NCBI GenBank assembly: GCA_963663865.1 | Contig: OY760686.1 | Location: forward strand, 2,080,001 to 2,144,000 | Origin: Spirochaetota bacterium | GTDB lineage: Bacteria > Spirochaetota > UBA4802 > UBA5550 | Direction: 5' to 3' | Length of the DNA: 64,000 nucleotides | The notes under the pieces: model-generated | The model's input: only the letters and a program-made list of their open reading frames with translations | Told to the model about the DNA's origin: nothing | The model's database searches: none | Position numbers and translations under genes: made by a program | In this document: positions 60,837-64,000 of the stretch, in pieces | Layout: each line of letters begins with the position of its first letter | How positions within the stretch are numbered: the first letter of the stretch is position 1

Positions 60837-62678
60837 TTATTCTTCAGGCAAACGGCCTTTCTTTTTTGTGTACAGCGCCCTTGATAAAATCTTTCTGTGT
60901 TCTCCGGAACTCTCTTCCTTGAGAAGCCGCTCAATGGCTTCCCTGACTCCCGGATATTCTCTGTTCCTGAGCAGATACCTGTACATTGTACCGCGTACAA
61001 TGTCATTGTCTTCATTTTCAGCGGAGCTGATTACAGCCTGCACCACCCGATCATCAGGCACATTCTCAATAAGTGAAGTAACTATAGTATTTCTAACATT
61101 CACATTGTTTTCTGTCTCCAGGGCATCGGCAAGCATGCCGTTTGCCCGCGGTGTTTTTATGGCGCCAACCGCCGATGCCGCGGCGCTTCTGACTCTGAAA
61201 TCCGGGTCCTTCACATATCTCGCTACGTCGTCGAGCATCTTGCTGTCGCCGGTATTCCCCGCTGAGTGAATCAGAGCCGTCTTGATGTTGACATCAGCCG
61301 AGCTGTGAAGCTCGCTCCGAATTCTGCCCTTGATTCTGTCGGATATTTTCGATTTATCACTTTGTGCTGCACTCGCGGCCGAAGCTGCCGTTCCGAGGGA
61401 CAGAACGGCCGACGTTCCTACGGACACATCGCCTTCTGCGGCCTCAAGAGCCCGTGCAGAATCGAAGGCTTCCCATAACGAGTCGATAGAACCCTCGCTG
61501 TGTTCAGACACAAAGCCGAAGGAAACAGCAGCCTGAACCCGGCCCGGCCCGGAGATTTCCCTGTCATGCATGATATTCGAGAGCGCCCGCTGTGATTTTT
61601 CACTTCCATTCCTTCCCAGAGCGTGGACAAGCATTGCCTGATGCACCGGTATGAGTTTGACAGTCTTGATGTATTCATGTATCTCCGATGCTGACTCGGG
61701 CCTGAGTTCAAGGTATTTCATTATCATTGCTATTGCCGCCGCGCTGAATCCCGGATTTTCCCTGAACAGGCCGTCTATTATCATTTTCAAAGGCTTATCC
61801 CCGAAGAGTTCCCTGAATCGGCTTTCCCTGATATAATCGTCAGATGAATCTCGGTTCTTCTCATGATAACCCGGGCCTGCTGTTACTATTAAATCAGTGT
61901 CTAATGCAGACGAAGATAATGAAGCAGGCGGCTTAATATATGTAACATTTAAAGACACAGAAGTTGAAACCTTAAAGTAAGGCTCATCCCCCTGATAAAA
62001 AACGAGAAGCTCTTCACCTTCCGCTCCCGCCACCCACGGAGACCTGTCCTTAAAATCAAAGGACATCCTGGACTTTTTAACTTCAATCCTGTTTTCGTTT
62101 TCGGTTATATATTCTATTTTTTCCTTTGAAACACGGCTGCCTTCAATGCGGTAAGAAGCGCTGTAATACCCGTTGGTGTCCGCCTCCTGAGTCTCCCACC
62201 TTCCAAATATAGGGTTGCCGTTTACAAACTGCAAAGTCCTCATAATTCCGGAAAGAAGTTCACGGTCGCGGTCACTCATCCCTTTCATAAATCCAAAGGA
62301 TACAAACCTTCCGCTTCGGTCAATATCCGCGGTAAAAGGGGACATGTAAATTCGCTTAAGCTCATTGCTGTTTACGCCTCCGAGCCTCATTTCAAGCTCT
62401 GAAAACTGAAAACGCGTCCTTACAACATCACGTGAGGTATCAACAATGATGAAATTCAGAAAACCGTGCATCTCGAGATTTTCGCGCATATCGGAAATTC
62501 CCGGTTTATCCGCAAGCATGGCGACTCTAAGCTTTAAAGAGTAAACAGCTCCTGAATTTACCGTAAAGTCGAGCCTGACGCCATCTCCCTTGAAGGCAAA
62601 GAAGAGTAAGGCAATTGCGGCAGCGCCTGCTGCCGCAAGGAGATAGATTGCCCTTTTTTTTAAAGTACCTGACACCAT
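60837..62678 (-). CDS. Membrane-anchored protein with vitellogenin/MTP-like N-terminal beta domain and HEAT-like helical domain
   Basis: N-terminal TM; EADTNGYYSASY; AVLSLGT; IHSAGNTG; RVRSAAASAVG; GGAG RBS before ATG 62678. Confidence 0.7.
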   Translation of the reverse strand: MVSGTLKKRAIYLLAAAGAAAIALLFFAFKGDGVRLDFTVNSGAVYSLKLRVAMLADKPGISDMRENLEMHGFLNFIIVDTSRDVVRTRFQFSELEMRLGGVNSNELKRIYMSPFTADIDRSGRFVSFGFMKGMSDRDRELLSGIMRTLQFVNGNPIFGRWETQEADTNGYYSASYRIEGSRVSKEKIEYITENENRIEVKKSRMSFDFKDRSPWVAGAEGEELLVFYQGDEPYFKVSTSVSLNVTYIKPPASLSSSALDTDLIVTAGPGYHEKNRDSSDDYIRESRFRELFGDKPLKMIIDGLFRENPGFSAAAIAMIMKYLELRPESASEIHEYIKTVKLIPVHQAMLVHALGRNGSEKSQRALSNIMHDREISGPGRVQAAVSFGFVSEHSEGSIDSLWEAFDSARALEAAEGDVSVGTSAVLSLGTAASAASAAQSDKSKISDRIKGRIRSELHSSADVNIKTALIHSAGNTGDSKMLDDVARYVKDPDFRVRSAAASAVGAIKTPRANGMLADALETENNVNVRNTIVTSLIENVPDDRVVQAVISSAENEDNDIVRGTMYRYLLRNREYPGVREAIERLLKEESSGEHRKILSRALYTKKKGRLPEE

Positions 62679-62679
62679 T

Positions 62680-63999
62680 CTACTCCGAATCAGAGGTATC
62701 GAGAGGCTGCAGGTTCTTGTCCTGAAGGTCAATCCAGTTGGTAGAAGTCAGATTCTCATAGTCATCTGAAGCAAACGTCAGAAAATCCATCTCAAACAGA
62801 GGGATTGAGAATGATGAATAGCTGTAAATCTCTTTTGACCACCTTTTTGTAAAGAGTACAAAGTTGATCTCAAAGTAGATGTCAATGTATCCGGCCGGAC
62901 CGGTAAGATAGAGTCCGACCTCCCTGTTAAGAGTTCCCTTTATTTTCCCCTCGTTTTCTCCTGTGCCCAACTCCGTAGTGGTATAGCACTTCTGTGAAAA
63001 GTCAAGTGTCACCACGTCCATGTAGGTGTATAGACCGACTGAGGCAAGGCCTGCAATGCTTGCGCTGGCGTCAGCCTGAGCGCTTCCCAGAAGCTGCATT
63101 GTCTTGTCGACAAGAAGGCTGCCGTCCTCGTTCACGTTCAATGTTAGACCCGGAGTAAAAGTCGCCTCTACACCGGCCTTCAGGGTAAACTTGAAGCAGT
63201 AGTACCACTGGACCTTCTCGAATTCCTTCGTGAACAGCACTATAGGATAAGACCAGTTGTTTTCTGAAAAGCCGCCAGCCGATTCCGATAGAACGACCTT
63301 GCTCGCGGCCTGCACATTCATCTCAAACCCGGAATTCTTAATGTCATAGGGATGGGACTGGGCATTCAGGTAGGTGTTTATCAGGCTCACTCTGTTGTTG
63401 AAAACATAAGCATCTGCATGGACTCCGAGGCTGTAGAGACTGTAGTTGTAGAAGAACATTCCTTCATGCGCCTCAGCCCCGGCTCCGAAGCTTTCATCTC
63501 CCACAGCGAACTCAAAGCCGTCCCAGAAGATAACGATGCTTCTGTAATCAGGGTCCTTCGGGTCCATTTTGCAATACGGGTATGTCTTGATTCCGTCATT
63601 CGGAGAAACCTCTACCTTTTCCAGAGTAAAAACAAGGTCCTCGGATTTGGAATTGTTTGAAGATGATATCTCCCTGCCGGCGTCTCCATCCTGATAGTAA
63701 TCGTCTTCCGAGTACTCGGAGTTATCCTGATTCGGAGAAATAAAGCGTGATTCCTGAACAGAGCCCTCAGGGTTAACAACGGCCTCAATTGTAAACTCAT
63801 GAGAACCGTAATCAGCGGCGCCCATTGAGTGGCGCAGATAACTCAACGGATAATCCTCTTCGAATGAAGAAGGAGGCTCTTCGGGCCATGCCTCGTAGTC
63901 GCTGAAGTAGTTGTAAGCTCCTCTGTCATCAGGAATGCGCAGACCCACAGTAATGCGCTCAGTCGTATTTGCCTTCAGTATTGGTATATAATAGGTCTC
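62680..63999 (-). CDS. Large beta-rich protein, 3' part only (CARDB-like domain then amphipathic beta-sheet region)
   Basis: Frame open to the window edge (ETYYIPILKAN...); AVVNPEGSVQES...DN CARDB-like; GDESFGAG...FTKRWSKEIYSY. Confidence 0.7.
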   Translation of the reverse strand, partial: ETYYIPILKANTTERITVGLRIPDDRGAYNYFSDYEAWPEEPPSSFEEDYPLSYLRHSMGAADYGSHEFTIEAVVNPEGSVQESRFISPNQDNSEYSEDDYYQDGDAGREISSSNNSKSEDLVFTLEKVEVSPNDGIKTYPYCKMDPKDPDYRSIVIFWDGFEFAVGDESFGAGAEAHEGMFFYNYSLYSLGVHADAYVFNNRVSLINTYLNAQSHPYDIKNSGFEMNVQAASKVVLSESAGGFSENNWSYPIVLFTKEFEKVQWYYCFKFTLKAGVEATFTPGLTLNVNEDGSLLVDKTMQLLGSAQADASASIAGLASVGLYTYMDVVTLDFSQKCYTTTELGTGENEGKIKGTLNREVGLYLTGPAGYIDIYFEINFVLFTKRWSKEIYSYSSFSIPLFEMDFLTFASDDYENLTSTNWIDLQDKNLQPLDTSDSE

Positions 64000-64000
64000 A

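Overview
Core chromosome of an anaerobic spirochaete. The lineage call rests on cfpA, a flgN-flgK-flgL-fliW-csrA operon, rpsT next to an HU/Hbb-like gene, SecA without a SEC-C tail, tRNA-Arg(UCG) and PFOR. The window holds about 50 CDSs, 5 tRNAs, RNase P RNA and a probable 6S RNA. I saw no CRISPR array, integrase or transposase. Four loci stand out. (1) cfpA is followed by a protein ending in an HPr-like His domain, then by a 'PPDK' whose ATP-grasp motifs are decayed while its phospho-His and PEP-binding domains are intact. This suggests an Enzyme-I/HPr-like PEP phosphorelay attached to the spirochaete cytoplasmic filament. (2) An ECF sigma / anti-sigma / exported caspase-like protease cassette, where protease and anti-sigma share a T-R-[IL]-K-G motif (candidate cleavage site). 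(3) A gene pair resembling a split vitellogenin/MTP-type lipid-transfer protein, followed by an outer-membrane barrel gene. (4) An HU gene whose stop codon lies inside tRNA-Val. All family assignments are motif recognition by eye and from memory; no searches were run.
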